A stretch of 64,000 nt of DNA from Candidatus Hydrogenedentota bacterium (GTDB lineage: Bacteria > Hydrogenedentota > Hydrogenedentia > Hydrogenedentales > SLHB01), in contig CAXXTH010000010.1 in assembly GCA_963668025.2 (NCBI GenBank), positions 800,001 to 864,000 on the forward strand, in the 5' to 3' direction. The notes beneath the pieces were generated by a model. It was not told where the DNA came from, searched no databases, and was given only the letters and a program-made list of their open reading frames with translations. This document shows positions 36,540 through 46,512 of the stretch, piece by piece. The translations under genes and the position numbers were made by a program. The number at the start of each line of letters is the position of its first letter. The first letter of the stretch is position 1.

Positions 36540-39182
36540 ATGAAAAGAAGGTTTAGTTCGCCTTGGGTTCTCTTGGCTTGCCTTCAAGTTTGCATTTGCG
36601 CCTTCGCCTATGGTGTTGAGATCGAAAATCCGATACTCAAAGTAACGTTTGATGAGAAACAACAGCTTCTTTCTGTTCTTGACAAGCGGACAGGCCGAGT
36701 GTGGCAGCAGAGCAATACTTTGCCTCAAACTCGGCCCAGAGTCGAGTGTCTTTTCACGACTTCGCCACCCACCGGTAACGAAGGATGGGAAGCTGCGAAA
36801 CCGATAGCAATAGGAATGGAGAAAGTATTCAACCAGGGCGCTGTGGAAAGCCAAGTCCACGGGACAGCCTGGTTCATGCATGATACTAAGAACATGTATG
36901 TCCGAGTACAGGTCGAAGATACATGCATTATGGCTTCACCGCCGGATATGGAGAAATTCTGGCAACGCGATAGTTTCGAACTGTGGATGGACAAGACTGT
37001 CGTGAGTTTCGTGATTACGGCTCCACCCGATTCGTACGGCTCATCTGTTCCTTTACTCGAAACATACTGGTCCGATGGTTCCGAAGGGTGGTCAGCTATT
37101 GAAACGCATCTCTATTGCGGCGACGCGGGATACACAGCAATTCTGTGTATCCCGCTAAATGGCATTCCAGAGCTTGGAGCGGCTGTCAAAAAAGACACGC
37201 CGCTCCTCTTTGCCATCGGCCTCAACAATGCAGATAAAGCTGGTGAACGTAAGGAGTTTCGCTACTTTCCGAACGGCTTCAAATGGGAAATCCTTGCGGG
37301 GGCCAGTATGGTCTTTTCGACCGGCAACAGCTCTGAGCCGCAAACAGTTTCTTCGCAAATGTTGCAATTGCTGCAAGCCAATTCCGAGGCCCGGACGCTG
37401 ACATGCAAAGCGGCGCTGCCAGGAATGAAAAAATCCGGAGAACTTGCGCCTGCGGCGCTCCAACTCGAATATACGCTCCATCCAACTGAACCCGACTTGG
37501 CCATCACCTTCACACCACAGGCCGAAGGTGAATGGAACGAAGTCACTTATCCCTATGTTTTCTCGATGGCTGAAGACGATTCATATCTTGTGTTTCCCCA
37601 TTCCGAAGGGCTTCTTACGCCATTACATAAAAACTCGCCGGACTACATAGAATTGAACAAAGACTATATTCACTCGGGTTTCGGTCCATATTGCGCTTGC
37701 CTAGGATTAGTTAATCTGGCAAAGGGCGATGGAATGCTCCTGCTGTTTCCAGACACGGAGTTGGCGGGTTATGAGATAGTGGATGTAGCGCCGGGCGTAT
37801 CCGATGTTGTCGCCCCTTGCGTGTTCTGGCGCGCGAACAAACATCGGTTCGACAGGAGCCAACGTATAATCTTCAGCTTCCAGGACAAGGGCGGATACGT
37901 TGCGCTTGCCAAACGCTACCAACGCTTCATCAAGGAAACGGGGGCCTTCAAGACGCTTGCCGATAAAGCTATGGAGATCCCTGCCACTAGCGAATTGATA
38001 GGTGCGCCCGTTATCTGGCTGGCAGACCGGTGGAATCCCAACGAACTCCTCGAAATCGCCCAAATGATGAAGAGTGACGGAATAGATAGAGCATTAATTG
38101 AGATAGCTCTCTCATACTATTATTTGATGCCAGGCAAGGAGAAGGAGGCCGCCCAATTCGGAAGCATTGTGAAACAGCTCCGAGAAATGGGCTATGTGGT
38201 TTCGCGTTATGATCAGTACCGGGAGTGCCCTCAAAAAGATGATAAAGCGCCCATATGGGAACAACTCAACGCGGATGCCTTCCCGGAATACTGTCTTCGG
38301 ATGGAGAATGGGGAGTTTCGTCTTGGTTGGTCTCCGCTATATCTGATGAACCCGGAACTCGGGCTTGCACTTGCGAAGAAGCACATCCCGCCCGACCTTG
38401 GACGATACGCCTACAACGGCCGGTTTATAGACGCCGTGGGCACTTGCACGTTTTGGGAAGGGGAAGACTGGGAATCGAGCCATCCGTTTGATGCGTATGG
38501 CACGAAGAAAACACGCAAGGCTATTCTCGAGTATGTCAATTCACTTGGGCTCGTTGTCGGGACCGAGGGAGGCGTGGATTATCTCCTGCCAAACCTCCAC
38601 TGGCTTGAAACGCCGATGTCTATCGTGAAATGGACCTCAGTAGGCCTTCCAAGCCCGGGTGTTGAGGAGAAGCCTGACTTCCCCGAATACCAAATCAGCA
38701 TCGGCACGAAGTACCGAATCCCGTTCTACTCGCTTGTACATCATTCGGAAGTCTTGATCACCTGGCGTTATGAAGATTCGCCGCAACGCATCCCCAAGTA
38801 TTGGCAGGATAAAAATCTGTTGGATGTTCTTTACGGGAATCCGCCGCTGCTCTTCATTGATCTACCGACATACATGAAGTACCGGGCCGCCTTCGCACAA
38901 ACGTATCAATATGTCTGCGAATGGACCCAAAAAGTCGGCGCCGCCGAGATGGTTTCCCATCGCTTTGTCTCGGAGGATCGAAAGATCCAGGAATCCATTT
39001 TCTCGACTGGCGACGGCGTAGTCGTGAATTTCTCTCAACATCCGTACCAGTTTACCAATACCCAAGTGTTGCCAGCACGGAGCTACCTGACGTTTAGCAC
39101 AGATGCTCCAGGCGTGTACTGTCCGCCGCCCGTTATGGAAATGGACTACGAAGGGATCACATCGAACCATGATCACCAGTGA
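36540..39182 (+). CDS. Secreted glycoside hydrolase (GH129/DUF5696-like) with an inserted CBM9-like domain
   Basis: Signal peptide; WFMHD.KN.YV...VED...FWQRDSFEL (CBM9/DOMON-like); GYVALAKRY, FKTLADK, GTEGG and IPFYSLVHH. Confidence 0.7.
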   Translation: MKRRFSSPWVLLACLQVCICAFAYGVEIENPILKVTFDEKQQLLSVLDKRTGRVWQQSNTLPQTRPRVECLFTTSPPTGNEGWEAAKPIAIGMEKVFNQGAVESQVHGTAWFMHDTKNMYVRVQVEDTCIMASPPDMEKFWQRDSFELWMDKTVVSFVITAPPDSYGSSVPLLETYWSDGSEGWSAIETHLYCGDAGYTAILCIPLNGIPELGAAVKKDTPLLFAIGLNNADKAGERKEFRYFPNGFKWEILAGASMVFSTGNSSEPQTVSSQMLQLLQANSEARTLTCKAALPGMKKSGELAPAALQLEYTLHPTEPDLAITFTPQAEGEWNEVTYPYVFSMAEDDSYLVFPHSEGLLTPLHKNSPDYIELNKDYIHSGFGPYCACLGLVNLAKGDGMLLLFPDTELAGYEIVDVAPGVSDVVAPCVFWRANKHRFDRSQRIIFSFQDKGGYVALAKRYQRFIKETGAFKTLADKAMEIPATSELIGAPVIWLADRWNPNELLEIAQMMKSDGIDRALIEIALSYYYLMPGKEKEAAQFGSIVKQLREMGYVVSRYDQYRECPQKDDKAPIWEQLNADAFPEYCLRMENGEFRLGWSPLYLMNPELGLALAKKHIPPDLGRYAYNGRFIDAVGTCTFWEGEDWESSHPFDAYGTKKTRKAILEYVNSLGLVVGTEGGVDYLLPNLHWLETPMSIVKWTSVGLPSPGVEEKPDFPEYQISIGTKYRIPFYSLVHHSEVLITWRYEDSPQRIPKYWQDKNLLDVLYGNPPLLFIDLPTYMKYRAAFAQTYQYVCEWTQKVGAAEMVSHRFVSEDRKIQESIFSTGDGVVVNFSQHPYQFTNTQVLPARSYLTFSTDAPGVYCPPPVMEMDYEGITSNHDHQ

Positions 39183-40077
39183 TGCTGTCGAAAGCCTTTT
39201 GCAGACACGGAGCGGGGAAATGCGTAGGAATAGGACATTCAAGAGGCCGATACTGTTGTGGATACAGAGCTTTGGCGATACATTCAGCGCACTGGTCATG
39301 CGAACGATGCATAAAATCGCGGTAGAGCACGGATATGACTTGATCGTTCGAGACATGGGGGTGGGGCTCAACGTCGAGCGGTCGCTTCGCATGCTCAACC
39401 AGTGGCAGGTGGGCGGCGTGATTGTGCTGGGCGGCAACAGCGAGGGATGCCGTTTCGTGCAAGACCGGCGAAAACCATTCGTCCCCATCGTGACTATAAG
39501 CGGCAATTACGGGCCAAATATTGATCATGTTGGCATTGATCTCCGTTATGGAGCGCGAGAGGCTACGCAACACCTTATTGCTGTCGGCTGCAAACGTATC
39601 GCGTTTTTTGGCGCCCGGGCAGTGACTAACGAAGGCTATGAACATCGGCAAGGTTACCTTGATGCTATGGCTCAAGCACGGATGACGCCAGAATTCATAA
39701 CCCCCAATTCCGACGGCGCATTTCGAGAAATGGCACGGTTGGCGGTAATGGACTATGTCCAGCGTCTCGGCCCACCGGACGGTATATTCTGTTCGGATGA
39801 TGCGCTGGCGAGCGGTGCTTACCGGGCCTTGCACGAACTTGCCATACACATTCCTGATGATGTCGCCTTGGTGGGGTGTAACGGCCTTGATGAAACCGAG
39901 TACTACGAAACACCTGTCAGTACACTCGTTCAGCCGATTTACGAGATGTGCATGGCGGCTTGGGAATTCATCGTATGGCGTTCAAAAGACCCGATGCTGT
40001 CTCAGCAAAGTATATTACTCCGTCCCAAACTGGCGATCCGTCAGTCCTCAATGCGGGCAGTTAGTGAAAATCCGTAA
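39169..40077 (+). CDS. LacI-type sugar-binding domain protein without an HTH
   Basis: HLIAVGCKRIAF, PDGIFCSDD.LA.G, IPDDVALVG and STLVQP; no N-terminal HTH in frame. Confidence 0.8.
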   Translation: MITSDAVESLLQTRSGEMRRNRTFKRPILLWIQSFGDTFSALVMRTMHKIAVEHGYDLIVRDMGVGLNVERSLRMLNQWQVGGVIVLGGNSEGCRFVQDRRKPFVPIVTISGNYGPNIDHVGIDLRYGAREATQHLIAVGCKRIAFFGARAVTNEGYEHRQGYLDAMAQARMTPEFITPNSDGAFREMARLAVMDYVQRLGPPDGIFCSDDALASGAYRALHELAIHIPDDVALVGCNGLDETEYYETPVSTLVQPIYEMCMAAWEFIVWRSKDPMLSQQSILLRPKLAIRQSSMRAVSENP

Positions 40078-40496
40078 CAGAGCATTTTACCTTTGTGCCG
40101 AACGCAATATGAGCGCCTATCGCCATTGCGTTTAAGGGCTGTCGTACGAGGAAATTGTGTGAGCTTCGTACAAAACTAGAGCTACTTATTTCTTGTTCCA
40201 ATGAAAGGAGGTGTTGCCAGGATGAACAACCCATAGGGATTCACCTCATGAGGGATACAGGCATGAGAGAGAGAGGAAATGAATTCTTTCTGTGTGTAGA
40301 GCGTGGTGAATGGCCTTAGAGGACGGAAGAGTATATGGGGTATGCATGAAACGCGCATTCCTCAATGTACAACAAATATCTTATGTTCAAGTCATTTGTA
40401 GCTAGGTAATCGATCTAGAAACGGGAATGGTTTTTGGGGACCGGATAAAGGCTGGCTTTATCCACCAAAATCTACTAAATTAGGAGGGTAAATGAG

Positions 40497-41468
40497 ATGA
40501 AGAGTAGAATTATAGCATTATTAATATCGTATGTTTTAGTTGCAAGCGCCGCAAGCGCGGGAACCGTTTATCTTAATTTCGATGATGGCGGCGCGACACT
40601 TCCCGACGGCGTTAGCACAGGTACTGGCGGCTGGGGCGATCCTGCCTTCGCGGATGGCGCTCTTGTGCTAAGCGGTGGAGGTCCATACATTTGGTTCCCG
40701 ACGGAGTGGCTTGCTGAACAATCCATCACGATGGAATTCACCATTCCTGATTTGCTGGCGGGAATTCCTGCGGCGCGCGGCGGTACGGGCTGGCAAGAAG
40801 ACACCTATAATGGTGGTTGGAAGGTTGGGTCCTCGATCTGCTTCATGGGTGGCGGTATCATGGGCGGCTATAATGACATCGAGAACACCCATCTGGGCAT
40901 GGTGGATTGCAGCAACACCTACGCTGGCAGTGATTTCGACATTGAAGGGGCTTGCGCGCTCACCACGGGATTCCGTGTCACCATCAAGGTGGTTGTTGAC
41001 GCCGATGCCAAAACATGGACCACATATTATGCATATGGCGACGATGCAACGACTCCGGCTAAGCGTGCAACCAATTGGACGCAGTTGTATTCTTTTGGTG
41101 GCATAGATTTGGTGAGTGGAGATTGGAATTGGGGCATTCAGTGTTATGGCGCTCTGTTGCGGGTGGATGACGTGATCATCGAAGGCGCGGCGGTGCCTGA
41201 TTTTGGCACGGCTCCGGGTTACGGGCAGATTACTGTTACAGAGGTATCTGGCATGTCTGAAGCCGACGCTGTCGCTGCATGCACCAACATCGGCCTGACA
41301 ATTGGCAGCATTACATATGAACACAGCGACACCGTGGCTTCCGGCCAAGTTATTTCTCAGAGCCTTGAGGCCGGTTCGAGCGTCGATTCTGGTACGGCCA
41401 TTAATCTCGTGATCTCGCTTGGCGTTCAGAATGTTCCCGCACTGAGCGTGCCATTCTTCCGAGGCTAA
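40497..41468 (+). CDS. Secreted protein with a C-terminal PASTA domain
   Basis: Signal peptide; V..VSGMSEADA.AA....GL..G.IT...SDTV..GQVISQ...AG..V..GT.INLVISLG. Confidence 0.85.
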   Translation: MKSRIIALLISYVLVASAASAGTVYLNFDDGGATLPDGVSTGTGGWGDPAFADGALVLSGGGPYIWFPTEWLAEQSITMEFTIPDLLAGIPAARGGTGWQEDTYNGGWKVGSSICFMGGGIMGGYNDIENTHLGMVDCSNTYAGSDFDIEGACALTTGFRVTIKVVVDADAKTWTTYYAYGDDATTPAKRATNWTQLYSFGGIDLVSGDWNWGIQCYGALLRVDDVIIEGAAVPDFGTAPGYGQITVTEVSGMSEADAVAACTNIGLTIGSITYEHSDTVASGQVISQSLEAGSSVDSGTAINLVISLGVQNVPALSVPFFRG

Positions 41469-41542
41469 GTATTATATGAATGAAGCGGCTTGGGCGGATT
41501 AAGGCCTGAGAAGCATAGCACCTCAGAAGCATTCTGTGATAG

Positions 41543-41584
41543 AACCTCCTGGATGAGACTGCCGCTGGTCTTTTCAGGAGGTTT
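41543..41584 (+). terminator. Stem-loop downstream of the PASTA gene
   Basis: AACCTCCTG...CAGGAGGTT arms. Confidence 0.5.
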
Positions 41585-41739
41585 CGTTGTGTCGTACTTG
41601 GTTCTTTGCACACGGAGCTTGAGTCCGAGAGGTCTCCGTTTATGTGTGGCTATCGTTCTTCTTTTGCTGATGGTTTCTTACACTATCCATTCGCAGGAGA
41701 TCAGGATTCCTATCTGGTGATGGAATGGCAAGTGTATTC

Positions 41740-41768
41740 TTGACACCATTCCTTCTTGAGGTCATAAT
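41740..41768 (+). promoter_or_regulatory. Sigma70-type promoter
   Basis: TTGACA-17nt-CATAAT upstream of the HtrA gene. Confidence 0.65.
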
Positions 41769-41894
41769 CCGGCAATAGATAAATGCAAGGGCCTATATGG
41801 GCTGCATTTATGCGGGCTGCGCCGCCGTAAAAGGTTTAGCGTGGAGAAAGCGCAAGTCTGCTTATTTTTTCAGGCTCTAGGAAGAGGAGTGCTT

Positions 41895-43976
41895 ATGAAG
41901 ACGCATCACATCGTACTCGGCGGTTTGGCCTGCTTGTTAGTGGCGCTCGGATGGAGCTGCGTGGCCGTGGCGCAAGCTCCCGCGGCAGATGAACGCGTAC
42001 CGGAAGAGATTCGCGCTGCCGTGGAAGATGTCGTGGCGAAAGTAAAGCCCGCCCTTGTCCGTATCGAAGTGGTTTCGACTTATTATGAAGAAGGGCGCGA
42101 AAGCAAATTCCAGAGCGCAGGAAGCGGGGTAATCATCTCGAAGGACGGCTACATCGTCACAAATCACCATGTCGCCGGGCATGCCGTGCGCTTGTTATGC
42201 ACGCTGTCTAGTAAAGAGGAAATCGAGGCGGAGTTGATTGGCAAAGATCCCATGACGGATATCGCCGTCATTAAATTGAAGCCCAGCGAACCGCGTGAAT
42301 TTCCCACAGCGTCTTTTGGCGACTCATCGATAGTGAAGGTCGGCGATTCCGTGCTGGCCATGGGAAGCCCCATGTCGCTGTCGCAATCGGTTACGATGGG
42401 CATCGCGAGCAATATCGAGCTCGTCATGCCGGAATGGCTAGGGCAATCCGGCGAGGTGACTCAAGATGGTGAAAATGTAGGTTCGCTTGTACGGTGGATC
42501 GGCCATGACGCCCAAATATACGGCGGCAATTCGGGCGGCCCATTAGTCAATCTAAACGGGGAAATCATCGGCATCAACGAGATTAGCGTAGGCAGCCTGG
42601 GCGGCGCGATTCCGGGCAACCTGGCGAAAGATATTGCGGAGAAGCTTATTGCCCAGGGGCGGATCGTCCGGGCATGGCTTGGCACGAATGTGCAGCCCCG
42701 CCTGAAGAGCGACCCCAACACGCACGGCGTGCTGGTCAGCGGCGTGTTGGCGAATTCCCCCGCGGAATTGGGCGGGCTCAAATCGGGCGATATCTTGCTC
42801 CGATTGAATGGCGCCCCCGCTGATGTCCAATTTCTAGAACAGCTTCCGTCATTCAATCAAATGGCGGCCGACTTGCCTATCGGCCAGCCAGCCGAAGCCG
42901 TGGTGTTGCGGGATGGGCAGGAGCTAACGCTCACCATCACGCCTATTGAACGGGAATTGGCTGCCCCACAAGAATATGAACTCAAGAAATGGGGGATAAC
43001 CGCGCGCAACCTGTCCCTGTTGATTGCCCAGGAAATGAAGCGGGACAATCAAGAAGGCGTAATGGTGACTTCTGTGCGGCCCGGCGGCCCGGCAGGCGAT
43101 GCGAAGCCGCAAATCCAACCGAATGATATCATCCTAAAAGCCGGTGGCAAGCCCGTCAAAAACCTTGAAGAATTGGCCGCCGTAACCAAGGAACTCACCC
43201 AAGACAAAACGGATCCCGTTCCCACGCTGGTCAGTTTCGAGCGCAAAGCGGAACAATATGTGACCGTGGTGAAGGTCGGTGTGAGAGAGCTCGAAGATCC
43301 GGGCCTCGAAGTGAAAAAGGCCTGGCTGCCGGTCTTGACGCAAGTCTTGACGCGCGAGATCGCCCAAGAAATGGGTAACGCCGAATTGCGGGGTTTCCGC
43401 GTGACCAAGGTGTTCGAAGGCAGCACGGCGGAAAAGGCCGGCCTAAAGGTGGGTGATTGCATTTTCGCGGTGGATGCCGAACCTATGACGGCCAGCGCTC
43501 CGGAGGATTACGATGATCTGCCCGCCCTTATCCGCCAATACCGCATCGGCGATACGGTCGAGCTCGATATTCTGCGCGATGGCCTAGGGCAAAAAATATC
43601 CGTGGAGCTTATTGGTGCGCCTGAATTGCCGCGTGAAATGAAGCGTTACCGGGATGAGAATTTCGAGTTTACCGCGCGCGATATCACGTTCTTCGATAAA
43701 TCGGATGAAAAATGGAAAGAAGAACAGCAAGGCGTGCTTGCCGAAGAAGTGGTGAATGGCGGCTGGGCCGCCGTGGCGTTGATGAGCCCCGGCGATCTGA
43801 TTGTCGAAGTGGATGGCCAGCCCGTCCAGAATGTCGAAACGTTTGAAAAACAGATGAACGGCATCAGCTCCCAAAAGCCGAAGACCGTTGTGTTTAAGGT
43901 GCTCCGTGGAATTCATACCATGTTCCTCGAGATTGAGCCGAATTGGGATTCACTAAACACGAATGGAAAGGGATAA
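41895..43976 (+). CDS. HtrA/DegP-like serine protease with about 4 PDZ domains
   Basis: TNHHV, DIAV and GNSGGPL catalytic motifs; repeated PA..GL..GD.I PDZ motifs; signal peptide. Confidence 0.92.
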   Translation: MKTHHIVLGGLACLLVALGWSCVAVAQAPAADERVPEEIRAAVEDVVAKVKPALVRIEVVSTYYEEGRESKFQSAGSGVIISKDGYIVTNHHVAGHAVRLLCTLSSKEEIEAELIGKDPMTDIAVIKLKPSEPREFPTASFGDSSIVKVGDSVLAMGSPMSLSQSVTMGIASNIELVMPEWLGQSGEVTQDGENVGSLVRWIGHDAQIYGGNSGGPLVNLNGEIIGINEISVGSLGGAIPGNLAKDIAEKLIAQGRIVRAWLGTNVQPRLKSDPNTHGVLVSGVLANSPAELGGLKSGDILLRLNGAPADVQFLEQLPSFNQMAADLPIGQPAEAVVLRDGQELTLTITPIERELAAPQEYELKKWGITARNLSLLIAQEMKRDNQEGVMVTSVRPGGPAGDAKPQIQPNDIILKAGGKPVKNLEELAAVTKELTQDKTDPVPTLVSFERKAEQYVTVVKVGVRELEDPGLEVKKAWLPVLTQVLTREIAQEMGNAELRGFRVTKVFEGSTAEKAGLKVGDCIFAVDAEPMTASAPEDYDDLPALIRQYRIGDTVELDILRDGLGQKISVELIGAPELPREMKRYRDENFEFTARDITFFDKSDEKWKEEQQGVLAEEVVNGGWAAVALMSPGDLIVEVDGQPVQNVETFEKQMNGISSQKPKTVVFKVLRGIHTMFLEIEPNWDSLNTNGKG

Positions 43977-43980
43977 TGGC

Positions 43981-44841
43981 ATGAAGCACAATTCGATCAT
44001 CACCATGAGCCTGGTTATAACCGCGATGATAGGATGCCAGGCGGCATTCGCCCAAGATACCCTGGCGGAACAAGGCCGGGCTGTTTTTACCGCTAATCAA
44101 CCTGCCGTAGTTACTATCGGTATGGTGATCAGCATCTCATTCGGGGGCGAGCAGCGTGAAAGTGACAACGAAGCCAACGCGACTATCATCGATCCCTCGG
44201 GTTTGGCGGTGCTGCCTTTGTCCGTAGTAGATCCCACGGCCATGTTTAACCGTATGGGCGGCTCGGACGAGCAGGTATCGAGCACGATCAAAACGATGAA
44301 GATGATTATGAGCGACGGAACGGAAATCCCCGTGAAAGTCGTCTTGCGCGACGCCCAGCTCGATCTCGCTTTCACGCGCCCCGAGGAGAAGGTGGAGACG
44401 CCCTTTCCCTATGTAAGCCTCGATAATCCTGGAAAGCCGGAAATCCTCGATCCCATCCTGGTAGTCGCCCAGCTCGGGCGCGTAACCCGCCGCGCCCATT
44501 CCGCGACGATCACCCGCATCGAAGCTATCGTGGATAAGCCCCGGACGTTTTATGTGCCATCCGAGGACCGGGCGGATACTATTATCTGCGCCCCCGCGTT
44601 CACGCTCGATAACCGTTTCATCGGGGTGGGCGTCACACGCACGATCAAGAGCAGTGAAACCCAGCGCATGCGCGATAGCTCGATGGTGATTATCGTGCCG
44701 GTGGCGGATATTAAGGAAGCGATGGCGCAAGTCCCTGCTTATGGGGAAGATGGCAAAGCTGTCGAAGCGCCTGCCGCCTCCGCTTCGGAAACGGAAGCTC
44801 CAGCTTCTGATGCGCAGGCTCCGCCCGCCACGGCGGAGTAA
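43981..44841 (+). CDS. Secreted trypsin-fold protein, apparently non-catalytic
   Basis: PAVVTI, IIDPSGL, V.VV.RD..LDLAF and P.F.LD.R.IGV, but the His and Ser motifs are absent. Confidence 0.7.
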   Translation: MKHNSIITMSLVITAMIGCQAAFAQDTLAEQGRAVFTANQPAVVTIGMVISISFGGEQRESDNEANATIIDPSGLAVLPLSVVDPTAMFNRMGGSDEQVSSTIKTMKMIMSDGTEIPVKVVLRDAQLDLAFTRPEEKVETPFPYVSLDNPGKPEILDPILVVAQLGRVTRRAHSATITRIEAIVDKPRTFYVPSEDRADTIICAPAFTLDNRFIGVGVTRTIKSSETQRMRDSSMVIIVPVADIKEAMAQVPAYGEDGKAVEAPAASASETEAPASDAQAPPATAE

Positions 44842-44871
44842 TGGAAGGACATTGCTGCTTTTGAAGGCTGA

Positions 44872-45621
44872 ATGGATATGAAAGGCTCTTTAGCAGGCAG
44901 GAATGCGCTGGTGACCGGTGGCGCTAAACGCCTTGGGCGCGCCACGGCGCGCACCTTAGCCGCCCACGGCGCGTGCGTCATCGTCCATTACCGCGCCTCG
45001 GGCAAGGAAGCCGCTGATTTAGTGGAGGAGCTCAACGCCGGAGGCGCTCGAGCTTATGCCCTCGCCGCTGAACTGGATGACGCCGCCCAGGCGGAATCCA
45101 TGTTCCGCCGGGCGTGCGAACTCGCAGGCCCGATAGATATCTTGATCAACAATGCGTCCATTTTTCCGGAGTCCCAGCTTGCGGATGTCTCGTTTGACGC
45201 CTTGCGGGAGAACATCAGCGTGAACGCATACGCCCCGCTCGTGCTGGCGCGGCGTCTGGCCGCCCAAGGGAAGTGCGGGCATATTGTGAATTTTCTCGAT
45301 TGCCGCATCACGGACTATGATCGGCGGCACGTGGCGTATCACCTGAGCAAGCGCATGCTGTTCGAACTGACCCGCATGATGGCTATCGAATTCGCGCCTG
45401 CCGTGCAGGTAAACGCCGTCGCGCCAGGGCTCATCTTGCCGCCGGAGGGCCAGGATGAAAGCTACCTGGCGGCGCTGGCGGACACCAATCCGTTGCGGCG
45501 TTATGGCAACGAAAAAGATATTGCCGATGCGGTGCTCTTTTTGTTGAATAGCACGTTCATTACGGGCCAGGTCATATTTGTGGACGGCGGCCGCCACATG
45601 AAGGGTGGTTTGTATGAATGA
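44872..45621 (+). CDS. SDR oxidoreductase, pteridine reductase/FolM-like
   Basis: TGGAKRLG, NNASIF, Y.LSK, VNAVAPG and ITGQVIFVDGG; directly upstream of folB. Confidence 0.85.
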   Translation: MDMKGSLAGRNALVTGGAKRLGRATARTLAAHGACVIVHYRASGKEAADLVEELNAGGARAYALAAELDDAAQAESMFRRACELAGPIDILINNASIFPESQLADVSFDALRENISVNAYAPLVLARRLAAQGKCGHIVNFLDCRITDYDRRHVAYHLSKRMLFELTRMMAIEFAPAVQVNAVAPGLILPPEGQDESYLAALADTNPLRRYGNEKDIADAVLFLLNSTFITGQVIFVDGGRHMKGGLYE

Positions 45622-45979
45622 CCAGCATCTAGACCGGATATTCATCCGGGATTTATCGTGCCGGTGCATTGTGGGCATTAACCCCGATGAACGCACGAAA
45701 AAGCAGGAGGTCATCATCAACATCGTCATGTACGCGGATTTGCGCCCCGCCTGCGCATCCGATGATATCGCGGACACCATCGATTATAAAAAAATCAAGC
45801 GGGCGGTGCTCGATATGGCTGAACAATCCTCCTATTCGCTCATTGAACGGCTCGCGGAGCATATTGCCGCCATTTGCCTGGAAGAAACCGCCGTGCGCCG
45901 TGTGTTGGTGTCGGTGGACAAGCCAGGCGCGTTGCGTTTCACGCGCAGCGTGGCGGTCGAGATTGTCCGGGAGCGCTGA
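45614..45979 (+). CDS. folB: Dihydroneopterin aldolase
   Basis: DRIFIRDL...IVG..PDER...Q, SDDIADTIDY, LIERLAE and KPGA. Confidence 0.95.
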   Translation: MNDQHLDRIFIRDLSCRCIVGINPDERTKKQEVIINIVMYADLRPACASDDIADTIDYKKIKRAVLDMAEQSSYSLIERLAEHIAAICLEETAVRRVLVSVDKPGALRFTRSVAVEIVRER

Positions 45980-45981
45980 AG

Positions 45982-46512
45982 GTGTTAGAATTCGCTGGCG
46001 CATCCGCCTACATTGCCGTGGGCTCGAACATAGAACCTGAAATCAATATACCCCGCGCCCTTGAACGACTTGATGATTCGGCCCCCGTGAAGGCGGTATC
46101 GACATTTTACCGTACACCCGCCCTCGATAGGCCGAAAGACCCCGATTTCTTGAACGGCGTGTGCATAGTGTATTGGAACAATTCCCCGCGCGCGCTCAAA
46201 TTTAACGTCCTACGGGCTATCGAGCGCGGGTTGGGGCGGGTGCGTGGAGAAGACTCGTATGCCCCGCGCGCCATTGATTTGGATTTGCTGCTGTATGGCG
46301 CATGGGTGATGGAAGAACCGGGGTTAGCGCTGCCCGATCCGGATATAGCCGTGCGCCCATTCCTGGCTTACCCGCTGCTGGAGTTGAATCCAGCGCTTGT
46401 GCTGCCTGGAATCGGAGAGCCGCTTGCGGAGCTGGCGGTGGCCCTGGACCGAAGCATGATGACGCCGGATACGGCATTTACAGACCAGTTGAGAGTGAGG
46501 CTTATGCTATGA
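45982..46512 (+). CDS. folK: 2-amino-4-hydroxy-6-hydroxymethyldihydropteridine pyrophosphokinase
   Basis: [20 protein letters not shown] and [11 protein letters not shown]. Confidence 0.93.
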   Translation: MLEFAGASAYIAVGSNIEPEINIPRALERLDDSAPVKAVSTFYRTPALDRPKDPDFLNGVCIVYWNNSPRALKFNVLRAIERGLGRVRGEDSYAPRAIDLDLLLYGAWVMEEPGLALPDPDIAVRPFLAYPLLELNPALVLPGIGEPLAELAVALDRSMMTPDTAFTDQLRVRLML

